Positions 1 to 9,626 of a stretch of DNA of 64,000 nt are shown in pieces (position 1 is the first letter of the stretch; every line of letters starts with the position of its first letter). The stretch is taken from NCBI GenBank assembly GCA_963718525.1, contig OY970355.1, positions 864,001-928,000 of the forward strand. The letters are read 5' to 3'. Both the position numbers and the translations under genes were made by a program. The stretch is from Candidatus Dormiibacterota bacterium. Its GTDB lineage: Bacteria > Chloroflexota > Dormibacteria > Aeolococcales > Aeolococcaceae. The notes under the pieces are model-generated. The model saw only the letters and a program-made list of their open reading frames with translations. It ran no database searches and was not told the origin of the DNA.

Positions 1-10
1 GGGAGTCGAC

Positions 11-1147
11 GTGTCCGTGTCGAAACTCCTCGGATCCAGCCTGCTCGCGGCCGCAACGCCGACCGTGGATCCTCTTCTGATCAGCGCGACCGGGACAGTC
101 CTGTACGGGGCTTCTCAGGCACACGCGGATTTTCCCAGCGCCGCGTTTGGGGCACAGTTCACCACCCCGCAGTCCGGGTTGTCGAACTCGATCCGCCACA
201 TGTGGACCAGCGGCGCCACCTCTGACACCCCGCTGACCGCGACCTTCGCCAATGCCAGGACCGACCTCTTCACGTCGCCGGTCTTCAGTGGCCACTGGAT
301 CATCGTCAACCCGGTGCCGGTGAACTCGCTGGAGCCCAACCTCCTCGCGCTGACGCTCGGCGTCAATGACAGCGTCCACCGCCTGTTCCCAGTGACAGTG
401 CTTCCGGTGCTCATCCTGCTCGTGGGTCTTGCGTTCATCGCCACGACCCTGCTGTCACGCCGTATGTATCTCCCGGTACAGGCACTCACCGACCACGCGG
501 TCCTCGAGGAGCGTACCCGCCTGGCGCGCGAGATCCACGACACGCTCGCCCAGCAGCTGACCGGCATCGTGCTGGAACTGGAGGCCGCCGACACGCTGCT
601 GAATCGCGGCTCGGAGCGGCGCGCGAAGACGTCCGTGGAGAAGGCCCGGGAGCTTGCACGAGGGGCGTTGCAGGAGGCGCGGCGTTCGGTGTGGAACCTC
701 CGTCCCGCCCCGCTCTCCGCCACTGGCCTGGTCGCTGCAATCGGCCACGAGGTCGAGGCCTGGGAGGAACGCACCGGTATCCCGGCGCGGTTCAGAGCGC
801 GCACCGTGCCGCAGCACTCGCCGCTATCGCCCACTGCCGAGGTGGCGCTGCTGCGCATCGGCCAGGAGGCGCTCTCCAATGCGGCCCGGCATGGCAAGCC
901 CGAGCATGTCGACGTCGAGCTGCGGACGCATGCCCAGGAGCTGATCCTCTCGATCCGGGACGACGGGGTCGGCTTCGATCCGTCGGCGACCGCGCCGCGC
1001 GAGGACTGTTTCGGCCTCGACGGCATGGCCGAACGGGCGCGCAATGCCGGCGGAACGCTGACCGTGGTGAGTGCCCCCGGTCAGGGGACCACCGTCACCA
1101 CCAGGCTGCCATTCACTGAGGCTGCGGTCGAAGCGGTCAGCGCATGA
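11..1147 (+). CDS. Membrane sensor histidine kinase, NarX/LiaS-type (HisKA_3); probably 5'-partial
   Basis: TM helix then EERTRLAREIHDTLAQ H-box, QEALSNAARH N-box, DDGVGF and FGLDGMAER G-boxes; frame is open to the window edge. Confidence 0.9.
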   Translation: MSVSKLLGSSLLAAATPTVDPLLISATGTVLYGASQAHADFPSAAFGAQFTTPQSGLSNSIRHMWTSGATSDTPLTATFANARTDLFTSPVFSGHWIIVNPVPVNSLEPNLLALTLGVNDSVHRLFPVTVLPVLILLVGLAFIATTLLSRRMYLPVQALTDHAVLEERTRLAREIHDTLAQQLTGIVLELEAADTLLNRGSERRAKTSVEKARELARGALQEARRSVWNLRPAPLSATGLVAAIGHEVEAWEERTGIPARFRARTVPQHSPLSPTAEVALLRIGQEALSNAARHGKPEHVDVELRTHAQELILSIRDDGVGFDPSATAPREDCFGLDGMAERARNAGGTLTVVSAPGQGTTVTTRLPFTEAAVEAVSA

Positions 1148-1746
1148 TCAGCGTGCTGGTGGCCGACGACCATCCCGTCGTCCGGGACGGTCTCTGCACG
1201 ATGCTGGAGCTCGAACCGGACATCAGGGTGGTGGGCAGAGCGTCCGACGGTGCCGAGGCTGTGGAGCAGGCGCGACGGACTCACCCCGACGTGATCCTGC
1301 TCGACGTCCAGATGCCGGTGATGGACGGCATCGAGGCGCTTCGCAAGATCCGTGCTCGCGACCCCGAAGCCCGGGTGATTGTGCTGACCACGTATCGCAA
1401 CGAGGACTACATCTTTCCCTCGCTCAAGGCCGGAGCGCTCGGTTACCTGCTCAAGGATGCAACTCGCGAGGAGCTTGCCGGCGCGATCCGAGCGGTTGCA
1501 GCCGGCGAATCACTCCTCGACCCGCAGCTGGTCAGCGCGGCGGCGGAGAAGATGCCGTCGATCACCCGGCGCGAACGCGACGTGCTCCGGCTCATGGCCG
1601 ACGGCAAGAACAACGCGGAGATCGCGGTGCTGCTCTTCCTCAGCGAGAACACGGTGAAAACCCACGTGAGCAACATCCTCGAGAAGCTCGGATGCAAGGA
1701 CCGCGCCGCCGCGGTGCTGCTCGCCTGGAGACGCCACATCATCTAG
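1144..1746 (+). CDS. NarL/LuxR-family response regulator
   Basis: VADDHPVVR, LLDVQMP receiver, C-terminal LuxR HTH (ENTVKTHVSNILEKL); ATGA overlap with the kinase. Confidence 0.95.
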   Translation: MISVLVADDHPVVRDGLCTMLELEPDIRVVGRASDGAEAVEQARRTHPDVILLDVQMPVMDGIEALRKIRARDPEARVIVLTTYRNEDYIFPSLKAGALGYLLKDATREELAGAIRAVAAGESLLDPQLVSAAAEKMPSITRRERDVLRLMADGKNNAEIAVLLFLSENTVKTHVSNILEKLGCKDRAAAVLLAWRRHII

Positions 1747-1768
1747 GCGCCCATAGACTGTCCCAGCA

Positions 1769-3040
1769 ATGGAATCTGCTGGCGTCGGCATGCTGGGGCT
1801 GGGGACGGTCGGGTCCGCTGTTGCCAGGCGGCTCATCGGGGAGTGGGAATTCCTCGGCGAACGCGCGGGTGCGACGCCGCTGCTGCGCTGCGTCGCCGTG
1901 CGCGACATCTCGAAGCCTCGTGACGTCGATCTGAAGAACGTCCGGCTCGTCGCCGGTCCTCAGGACGTCATCGCCGATCCGGGGGTTGCCATCGTCATCG
2001 AGGTGATGGGCGGCACCGACCCCGCAACCGAGCTGATCGAGTCAGCGCTGCGCGCCGGCAAGAGCGTCGTGACCGCCAACAAAGCCGTGATCGCGGCGTC
2101 GGGTCCTCGCCTGACCGCTCTCGCTGCGGAGCACGGCGCTCGCCTGTATTACGAGGCGAGTGTCGGGGCGGGCCTGCCGATCATCGCGCTGCTGCGGAGG
2201 AGCCTGCTCGCCGATCGCATCGCGTCGCTCGACGGCGTGATCAACGGCACCACCAACGTCATCCTGACCCGGATGCGCTCGCCTGGGGTGAGCTTCGCCA
2301 ACGCGCTTACCGATGCGCAGCGCCGAGGTTTCGCCGAGGCGGATCCATCACTCGACGTGGACGGCTGGGATGCGGTGCAGAAGCTCGTGATCCTTGCGTG
2401 GCTGGCCCTCGACGTCTCGATCGCCCCCGGCGCGGTGGACCGCATCGGCATCCGCAAGGTCGCCGCTGCCGACGTCGGCGCGCTCGCCCAGCTCGGCTAC
2501 CGCGTGCGCCTGCTTGCTCACGCCGAGCGCGCTTCCAGCGGCGCCGTCCATCTCCGCGTCCGACCGACCGCCGTGGGCGCCGGACACCTCCTCCACGATG
2601 TCGATGATGCTGACAATGCTGTCATCATCTCGAGCGACCTCGCGGCAACGGTGATGCTCCGCGGGCTCGGTGCGGGGGGCGATTCGACGGCGAGCGCGGT
2701 GTTGAGCGACGTCGTCACAGCCGTGCGAGAACGCGGCGCGCCGCGCGAGTTCAGCACCGCTCCGCGGGTCGATGCGCCGATGCTCGGCGATGAGGACATC
2801 GAGGTCGCCGGGTACGTCCGGGTTCGCCTCTCCACGGAAGCGGATGCGCGCGCGCTCGTCATTCAGGCGATCGAGGACCGCGGTCTCGCCGTCGACGCGG
2901 CGGTCGATCTCGCCGGCTCGGAGCTGATCGTCCTCACCGGGATGGCGCCTCGGGCCGTCCACGACGGTGCGCTGGTGACCCTCGACACGCTGACTTCCGT
3001 CGACGAGATCCTCGGCGCCCTCGACCGGGTCGAGGCGTAG
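1769..3040 (+). CDS. hom: Homoserine dehydrogenase
   Basis: GLGTVG, VVTANK, EASVGAGLP, NGTTN, GFAEADP motifs. Confidence 0.95.
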   Translation: MESAGVGMLGLGTVGSAVARRLIGEWEFLGERAGATPLLRCVAVRDISKPRDVDLKNVRLVAGPQDVIADPGVAIVIEVMGGTDPATELIESALRAGKSVVTANKAVIAASGPRLTALAAEHGARLYYEASVGAGLPIIALLRRSLLADRIASLDGVINGTTNVILTRMRSPGVSFANALTDAQRRGFAEADPSLDVDGWDAVQKLVILAWLALDVSIAPGAVDRIGIRKVAAADVGALAQLGYRVRLLAHAERASSGAVHLRVRPTAVGAGHLLHDVDDADNAVIISSDLAATVMLRGLGAGGDSTASAVLSDVVTAVRERGAPREFSTAPRVDAPMLGDEDIEVAGYVRVRLSTEADARALVIQAIEDRGLAVDAAVDLAGSELIVLTGMAPRAVHDGALVTLDTLTSVDEILGALDRVEA

Positions 3041-3049
3041 GCGGTACCG

Positions 3050-4108
3050 ATGACCGTCCGCGCTCGGGGTGTCATCGCCCGCTGGGGAGACCGGCTCGCT
3101 CTCTCGCCGCGCGCGCCGCACATCAGTCTCGGCGAAGGCGACACGCCGTGCGTCGAATCGCTGACCATCGGCCCTTCACTCGGGCTCGCCTCGCTGCACT
3201 TCAAGCTCGAGGGGCTGAATCCGACCGGTTCGTTCAAGGACCGGGGCATGGTGGTCGCGGTCGCCGCCGCGCTGCACGAGGGGAGCCGGGCGATCATCTG
3301 CGCGTCGACGGGGAATACCAGTGCTTCGGCAGCGGCGTACGGCGGGCGCTTCGGGCTGCGCACCGTCGTGGTGGTTCCCCACGGACACATCGCCTCCGGC
3401 AAGCTCGTCCAGGCGCGGGTCCATGGCGCGACGGTGGTGAGCATCAATGGCGGCTTCGACGTCGCGCTCCGGATCGTCCGCGAGCTGTGCGAACGCCACC
3501 CCGTCACCCTGGTCAACAGCGTGAACCCGAACCGGATCGAGGGTCAGAAGACGGCAGCGTTCGAGATCGTCGATGAGCTCGGTGATGCGCCCGACGTGCT
3601 GGCGCTCCCCGTGGGGAACGCGGGCAACATCACCGCGTACTGGCGCGGCTTTCGGGAGGATCACCGTGATGGACGGGCGAGCCGCCTGCCCCGGATGTTC
3701 GGAGGCCAGGCGGCGGGCGCCGCGCCCCTCGTCCTCGAACGGCCGATCGACGATCCGCAGACGGTCGCGAGCGCCATCCGGATCGGCAACCCAGCGTCAT
3801 GGCACGGAGCGGTCGAGGCACGCGACGAGTCGGAGGGGATGATCGCCGCGGTCTCGGATGACGCCATCCTCGATGCGCAACGACGGCTGGCGCGGCTCGA
3901 AGGGATCTTCTGCGAGCCTGCATCCGCGGCCTCGCTGGCCGTGCTGGAGCGCGCCATTGCCGAAGGTGCTGTGGCGCCAGGGACCCATGCGGTCTGCGTC
4001 CTCACCGGCAACGGCCTGAAGGATCCGGGCGCCGTCGAGCCCGCGCTGGCGCCGATTCTCGAGGTTCCCCCCGACGCAGGCGCGCTGGCGCTCGCGATCG
4101 AGATCTGA
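3050..4108 (+). CDS. thrC: Threonine synthase
   Basis: NPTGSFKDRG PLP lysine, ASTGNTS, PVGNAGN, TGNGLKDP. Confidence 0.95.
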   Translation: MTVRARGVIARWGDRLALSPRAPHISLGEGDTPCVESLTIGPSLGLASLHFKLEGLNPTGSFKDRGMVVAVAAALHEGSRAIICASTGNTSASAAAYGGRFGLRTVVVVPHGHIASGKLVQARVHGATVVSINGGFDVALRIVRELCERHPVTLVNSVNPNRIEGQKTAAFEIVDELGDAPDVLALPVGNAGNITAYWRGFREDHRDGRASRLPRMFGGQAAGAAPLVLERPIDDPQTVASAIRIGNPASWHGAVEARDESEGMIAAVSDDAILDAQRRLARLEGIFCEPASAASLAVLERAIAEGAVAPGTHAVCVLTGNGLKDPGAVEPALAPILEVPPDAGALALAIEI

Positions 4109-4112
4109 GCGC

Positions 4113-5009
4113 GTGCGCGTCCGCGTCGCCGTTCCCGCCAGCGTCGCCAACCTCGGGCCGGGGTTCGACATCCTCGCCATGGCGCTCCAGCTCCAGAACG
4201 ACATTCGCGCAGAGCAGCGACCCGGTGCGCTCACCATCGACGCAGGTCCCGGCGCCTCCGCCGAGCTCAACGATCCTGACCGCAACCTGGTCACCGCCGC
4301 GTACGCGCAATCCTGTGCAGCGCTCGGTGTTCCGGTCACCGGGGTTCACTTCACCTGCGTGAACCGGATTCCGATCGGGCGGGGCATGGGATCGAGCGCG
4401 GCGGCGTCGCTCTCGGGTGTCCTCGTCGCGGCGGCCCTCCACCAGGCGCCATGGGACGAGAACGCCGTGCTCGACCGCGTCAGCGCGCTCGAAGGACATC
4501 GCGACAACGCGGCGGCAGCCCTGCTCGGCGGTCTCGCCATCTGTGCACCGGGCGCACCCGCGGTGCGCCTGTCAGTCTCCGACGACCTCCGCGCAGTCCT
4601 CTTCATTCCCGATTCGCCCTTCACGACCAGCGAATCGCGCCAGGTTGTCCCCACCACGTTCAACCGCGAGGACGCGATCTTCAACGCGAGCCGCTGCGCG
4701 CTGCTGGTCCGCGCGCTTGCCCTCGGTGACCACGCCGCCCTCGGCATCGCCATGCAGGATCGCTGGCACCAGGACGCGCGCTTTGCGCTCATGAAGGGTG
4801 CGCGGGAGATCGTCGCCGCCGCCGACGCCGCCGGTGCGTCCGGCGCCGCACTTGCGGGTGCCGGCCCCTCGGTGGTCGCCCTGACGCCACTCGACCCCGA
4901 GCCCATCGCCGCGGCCATGTCCGGTGCGGCGGCGAGCGCAGGCGTGCGCGGAGAGACGATGGTCCTCTCGCCACGCAACTACGGCACCAGAGTGGACGTC
5001 TCGGCGTGA
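4113..5009 (+). CDS. thrB: Homoserine kinase
   Basis: PASVANLGPGFD, PIGRGMGSS GHMP motif, EGHRDN. Confidence 0.93.
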   Translation: MRVRVAVPASVANLGPGFDILAMALQLQNDIRAEQRPGALTIDAGPGASAELNDPDRNLVTAAYAQSCAALGVPVTGVHFTCVNRIPIGRGMGSSAAASLSGVLVAAALHQAPWDENAVLDRVSALEGHRDNAAAALLGGLAICAPGAPAVRLSVSDDLRAVLFIPDSPFTTSESRQVVPTTFNREDAIFNASRCALLVRALALGDHAALGIAMQDRWHQDARFALMKGAREIVAAADAAGASGAALAGAGPSVVALTPLDPEPIAAAMSGAAASAGVRGETMVLSPRNYGTRVDVSA

Positions 5010-6223
5010 CCCGCGTCGTCCAGAAGTACGGAGGATCGAGCGTTGCGACGCCGATGCGGCTGCGCCGGGTCGCTCGGCGCATCCGGGAGTCGCTTGAGGC
5101 GGGATCCGAGGTTGTCGTTGTGGTCAGTGCCATGGGCGACACCACCGATGAGCTCATCGCACTTGCGCATCGCGTGACCGGCGACCCGCCATCGCGCGAG
5201 ATGGACATGCTGCTCAGCAGCGGCGAGACCATCACCGCGCCATTGCTGGCGATGGCGCTGCATGCCGCGGGCACACCGGCGATCTCGCTCACGGGTGCGC
5301 AGGCCGGCATTCGCACCAGCAGGGCACACCGGACCGCGCGGATCGTCGACATCGTCCCGCAGCGAGTGCTCGACGAGCTCGGGCGGGGCAACGTGGTGGT
5401 GGTCGCCGGTTTCCAGGGCGCAACCGAGGATATGGACGTGACCACCCTCGGGCGCGGCGGCTCCGACACGACCGCAGTCGCGCTTGCGGTGGCGATCGGC
5501 GCCGATCACTGCGAGATCTTCACCGACGTCCCCGGTGTGCACACCGCCGATCCGCGGATCGTTCCCTCTGCGCGGGTGATCCCGTCGATCGACTACGACG
5601 AGATGCTCGAGCTCGCCTCAGCGGGAGCGCGGGTGATGCATCCGCGCGCAGTCGAGATCGGCGAGGCCTACTCGATGGAGATTCGGGTTCGATCCACGTT
5701 CGACAACGAACCGGGGACAATCATCGCGAAGCAGGACCGCATGGAAATCCGCCAGAAGGTGCGCGCCATCGCGCACGAGACCGACGTCGCAAAGGTGACG
5801 CTCCTCCGCGTCCCGGACCAGCCGGGAGTCGCCGCGTCGATCTTCGGGCCCTTCGGTGAGGCGGGCATCGACATCGACATCGTGCTCCAGAACGTCAGCC
5901 ACGACGGCACCACGGACCTGAGCTTCACCATCGCCGAGTCGCACCTGCCCAAGGCCCGCCGCATGCTCGCGTCGGTGGCGAAGAGCGTGCACGCGCAGGG
6001 GTATACCGCCACCGCCGGCGTCGCCAAGGTCACCGTCATCGGGAGTGGGCTCAGGGGAACGCCGGGCATCTACGCGAAGATCTTTCGTGCGCTCGCCGAC
6101 GCGGACATCAACATCCAGATGATCGCCACCAGCGAGATTCACGTCACCTGCATCATCGATCGTCCACGCGTCCGCGACGCCGTTCGTGCGTTGCACACCG
6201 CGTTCGAGCTGGAAAGGATTTGA
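5006..6223 (+). CDS. lysC: Aspartate kinase with two ACT domains
   Basis: VQKYGGSS, TTLGRGGSDTTA, TDVPGVHTADPR. Confidence 0.95.
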   Translation: MTRVVQKYGGSSVATPMRLRRVARRIRESLEAGSEVVVVVSAMGDTTDELIALAHRVTGDPPSREMDMLLSSGETITAPLLAMALHAAGTPAISLTGAQAGIRTSRAHRTARIVDIVPQRVLDELGRGNVVVVAGFQGATEDMDVTTLGRGGSDTTAVALAVAIGADHCEIFTDVPGVHTADPRIVPSARVIPSIDYDEMLELASAGARVMHPRAVEIGEAYSMEIRVRSTFDNEPGTIIAKQDRMEIRQKVRAIAHETDVAKVTLLRVPDQPGVAASIFGPFGEAGIDIDIVLQNVSHDGTTDLSFTIAESHLPKARRMLASVAKSVHAQGYTATAGVAKVTVIGSGLRGTPGIYAKIFRALADADINIQMIATSEIHVTCIIDRPRVRDAVRALHTAFELERI

Positions 6224-7308
6224 GCCTCAGTGTCGGCATCGTCGGACTGCCCAACGCCGGCAAATCGACGCTGTTCAACGCCATGACTCAGGCCGGCGCT
6301 GCAGTCGGCAACTATCCCTTCACGACCATCGAGCCGAACACAGGCGTCGTCCCCGTTCCAGACGCGCGTCTCGAGCAACTCGCAGAGCTGTTCCAGCCTC
6401 CGAAGGTGATTCCGGCGACGGTCACCTTCACCGACATCGCCGAACTCGTGCGTGGCGCGAGCCGCGGCGAGGGACTGGGCAACCGCTTCCTCGGCCATAT
6501 CCGCGAGGCCGACGCGACGGCGCTGGTGGTCCGAGCATTCGAGGATCCAGACGTCACCCACATCGAGGGCGGTGTCGACCCGGTCCGCGACATCGACGTC
6601 CTGGAGCTCGAGTTGCAGCTCGCCGACCTCGAAACCGTCACCCGGCGGCTGGAGCGCACCGAGAAAACGTCTCGACTGCAGAAGGAGAAGGAGCCCGAGC
6701 TGATCGATCTGCTGCGCCGGGTCCAGCAGCATCTCGACCAGGGCAGGCCGGTTCGAACCATGCCGCTGAACCCCGAAGAGCAGTCGATGTTGCGGGAGTT
6801 CTGGTTGCTGACGGGAAAGCCGCTGATGGTTGTCGTCAACGTCGCGGAGGCCGGGGCGCAGGACCCCGTCCCCCAGGAGATCATCGAGCGAGCGGCGCTC
6901 GCCGGTGGCGACGCCATCGCCGTCTCGGCGCGCATCGAGAACGACATCGCCGAGCTCGATGCCGCCGACCGCGACGCGTTCCTGCACGACCTTGGCCTCG
7001 CGGAGCCCGGGCTGTACCGGGTTGCGCGCAGCGCGTACCGGTTGCTCCGGCTGATCACCTTCTTCACCGCGGGCGACACCGAGGTTCGCGCCTGGAACCT
7101 CCGCGAGGGCGAGACCGCGCTCGACGCGGCGGCGAGCATCCACACGGACATTGCCCGCGGGTTCATCCGCGCCGAGGTGACCGGCGCCGAGGAACTCCTC
7201 GATGCGGGCTCGTACGCCGTGCTGCGCGAGCGGGGCAAACAGCAACTCGAGGGCCGCGACTACGTGATGCGCGACGGCGACGTCATCCACGTGCGATTCA
7301 ATCTCTGA
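6220..7308 (+). CDS. ychF: Redox-regulated Obg-family ATPase YchF
   Basis: GLPNAGKST, NYPFTTIEPN, GEGLGNRFL, GFIRAE; G3 motif reads DIAE instead of DIAG. Confidence 0.93.
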   Translation: MSLSVGIVGLPNAGKSTLFNAMTQAGAAVGNYPFTTIEPNTGVVPVPDARLEQLAELFQPPKVIPATVTFTDIAELVRGASRGEGLGNRFLGHIREADATALVVRAFEDPDVTHIEGGVDPVRDIDVLELELQLADLETVTRRLERTEKTSRLQKEKEPELIDLLRRVQQHLDQGRPVRTMPLNPEEQSMLREFWLLTGKPLMVVVNVAEAGAQDPVPQEIIERAALAGGDAIAVSARIENDIAELDAADRDAFLHDLGLAEPGLYRVARSAYRLLRLITFFTAGDTEVRAWNLREGETALDAAASIHTDIARGFIRAEVTGAEELLDAGSYAVLRERGKQQLEGRDYVMRDGDVIHVRFNL

Positions 7309-7309
7309 C

Positions 7310-8029
7310 ATGGTCGCCAGCGCTGAGCGGCTCGAGCTGATCATCGATGGAGGCGCTCCCGGGCAGGAGAACATGCGTCGCGACCTGTCGCTGCTCGATG
7401 CGTGCGCGCACGGCGAGATCTCCGGCGCAGTCCGCCTCTACTGGTTCGAGCCGGCGTGCTTGAGCCTGGGCCGCATGCAACCGCTCGACGACGTGGATCT
7501 TGAGGCGTGCGCTCGCGACGGTGTCGACATTGTTCGCCGCCCGAGCGGCGGCCGCGCAGTGCTCCACGACCAGGAGGTGACCTACTCGGTGGTGTGCCGT
7601 TCGGACGATCCCATCTTCGGCGGACGCGTACTGGAGTCGTGCTCCAGGATTCACCAGGCCGTCGCGAGAGGCCTCGAGATGCTCGGGGTGCATGCCGTCC
7701 CGCGTGCGATGCCCGCAAACCTCCGACGTGACGCCCGCGATGGGGCGGCGGTCGCGGACTGCTTCGCCCGGCCGGCGGCGCACGAACTCCTCGACGACAC
7801 GGGTCGGAAGATGGTCGGCAGCGCTCAGGCGAGGCGAGCAGGTGCGCTGCTCCAGCACGGGTCGGTCCTGCTCGAGGCACCACGGGCGGCGGCGTATCTT
7901 CGCAGCGATACGGGACCGTCGTTCGGTGGCATCGGCGTGCGCGAGCTGCTTGGTCGCGAGGTGGGACGAGCGGAGCTCGTCGACGCGCTTGCTGAGGGGT
8001 TCAGCAACGCCCTCGAGCGGTCATCGTGA
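7310..8029 (+). CDS. Lipoate-protein ligase A / LipM-like octanoyltransferase
   Basis: RRPSGGRAVLH, KMVGSAQ, LLQHGS. Confidence 0.85.
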   Translation: MVASAERLELIIDGGAPGQENMRRDLSLLDACAHGEISGAVRLYWFEPACLSLGRMQPLDDVDLEACARDGVDIVRRPSGGRAVLHDQEVTYSVVCRSDDPIFGGRVLESCSRIHQAVARGLEMLGVHAVPRAMPANLRRDARDGAAVADCFARPAAHELLDDTGRKMVGSAQARRAGALLQHGSVLLEAPRAAAYLRSDTGPSFGGIGVRELLGREVGRAELVDALAEGFSNALERSS

Positions 8030-8719
8030 CGCGCAGGATCGCCGCGCCACAAAGACGTACTCGCGGCTCTCGTCGGTGAGCGGCGTGCTGTCGAAGTCGC
8101 CGTAGAGCGCTTCATGGTCGAGCCCCGCGACGTCGATGAGCCCGAGCCACTCGTTCTTGGTTGCCCACCAGAGCGAGCTGGTCGCGCCGCTGTCGAGCGT
8201 CATGTCGATCCTGTTATCGCCGACTGCATAACGGTTCGTATGAGGCAACGGGGAGTCCATGTGCTCCCCGTCGAGCTTCGACGCGACCTGGTGGTCGAAC
8301 GCAAAGACGTTCCACGCAAACCGCCCGCCCGGCTGCAGTGAGGCGGCCACGCCTTCGAACGTGCGGCGCCGTTCGGCCCACGTCCGCACGTGAAGAAGCG
8401 CCCGAAACGGGCAGTAGATCAGAGCCGCCGGCTCCTCGAGCGCGAAATCCCGCATGTCGCCAAAGCGCAGGTCGAGATCCACGCCCGCATCGGCCGCGCG
8501 ATCGCGCGCCTGGGCAAGCATCGCCGGCGACGTGTCGATCCCGATGACGCGCCGTCCGGTCTCGCGCGCCACCGGGATGGCGACGCGCCCGTTTCCGACC
8601 GCCAGCTCAACGAGCGGTCCTGCCGCCTCGCGCGCGAGCCCGACGTAGAAAGGGATGTCGGCGCTCATGGCATCCGACCACTCGTCGTACCGATTCGCGA
8701 ACTCCTCGTGCCAGCTCAC
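8021..8719 (-). CDS. Class I SAM-dependent methyltransferase
   Basis: LVELAVGNGR motif I, GIDTSPAML, GDMRDF. Confidence 0.85.
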   Translation of the reverse strand: MSWHEEFANRYDEWSDAMSADIPFYVGLAREAAGPLVELAVGNGRVAIPVARETGRRVIGIDTSPAMLAQARDRAADAGVDLDLRFGDMRDFALEEPAALIYCPFRALLHVRTWAERRRTFEGVAASLQPGGRFAWNVFAFDHQVASKLDGEHMDSPLPHTNRYAVGDNRIDMTLDSGATSSLWWATKNEWLGLIDVAGLDHEALYGDFDSTPLTDESREYVFVARRSCASR

Positions 8720-8873
8720 GCGCAGATGCTACGGGTTGCGCGCGCATCGAGCGGAGCGTCCCCAACCTCAGGCGCGCCTGAACCTGCTGCGAGCGAAGGC
8801 GGCGCCTGCGGCAGCGCGCCTCTGGCCGAACGAGTCTCGAGGGGCTATCCTCGTCGCGTCTCGAGGTGGCGTG

Positions 8874-9362
8874 ATGTCGTGGGGTCGTGACTGGTCGGAG
8901 CTGAAAGCGGGACGAAGGTGTCCAATCTGTCGTGACGTCGACCGGGAGGACAACGGCTACGGGCTTCGCTACTTCCGGGGCAACTGGATGAGCGCCTTCC
9001 TGCAACGGGAGGAGGTCGTGCCCGGATACAGCGTTGCCTACTGGCACGGGCGCCATGTCTGCGAGCCGTGGGAACTGCGTGACGACGAACTCATTGGCTA
9101 TTTCGGGGAGGTGAATCTCGTCAGTCGAACGCTGTCCGACCTCTTCGGCTCGGCCAAGATGAACTACCAAATTCTCGGCAACGTCGTGCCACATCTTCAC
9201 GTCCACATCCTCCCCAGGAGCCAGTCAGACCGAAGCCCACGCGCGCCCCTCGTCTGGCCTCCGGCGGCAGATTCACCCACCGGAAGGCAAAGGGTTCCGG
9301 AGTTCGACCTGATGAGGTACGTCACTGAGCTGCGCGGCCTGCTGCCCCAACCGCCCCCATGA
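8874..9362 (+). CDS. HIT-family hydrolase
   Basis: CPIC near the N-terminus, GNVVPHLHVHILPR histidine triad; GAGGTGG SD upstream. Confidence 0.85.
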   Translation: MSWGRDWSELKAGRRCPICRDVDREDNGYGLRYFRGNWMSAFLQREEVVPGYSVAYWHGRHVCEPWELRDDELIGYFGEVNLVSRTLSDLFGSAKMNYQILGNVVPHLHVHILPRSQSDRSPRAPLVWPPAADSPTGRQRVPEFDLMRYVTELRGLLPQPPP

Positions 9363-9387
9363 TGACTGCGGCGGGTAAACGTCTGAT

Positions 9388-9440
9388 TGAATACCCCCGC
9401 ATGATGTGTTAGCGTTCGGCAAAGGCCACAAGATGTAGGG
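9388..9440 (+). promoter_or_regulatory. Putative sigma70 promoter followed by an NrdR-box-like site
   Basis: TTGAAT(9388)-16 bp-TAGCGT(9410) with TG extension; GCCACAAGATGTAGGG at 9425-9440. Confidence 0.4.
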
Positions 9441-9465
9441 CTGCACCCCTTACTCCAAGGCTCGT

Positions 9466-9574
9466 CGGGCAGCGGGCGCCGGGCTTCACCACCGCTCAGG
9501 CCATGGCTCCCATCGTGGCCATCTCATCCGGAGGCCCGCTGCCTGCCCCGTCACCGTGGTGCGACGGCAGGCAG
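9466..9574 (+). ncRNA. Candidate structured RNA or leader with mutually exclusive stems
   Basis: GGCAGCGGGC(9468-77)/GCCCGCTGCC(9534-43) versus CTGCCTGCC(9539-47)/GGCAGGCAG(9566-74). Confidence 0.3.
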
Positions 9575-9626
9575 TGCTGCGCTGCCGGGTCGGGCGCGCA
9601 CCCCCCTGATACGCTTCGATCAATTC

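Noticed and set aside
1747-1768. T-box or Thr attenuator before hom
   Set aside because: Only a 22-bp gap, containing a -10-like TAGACT
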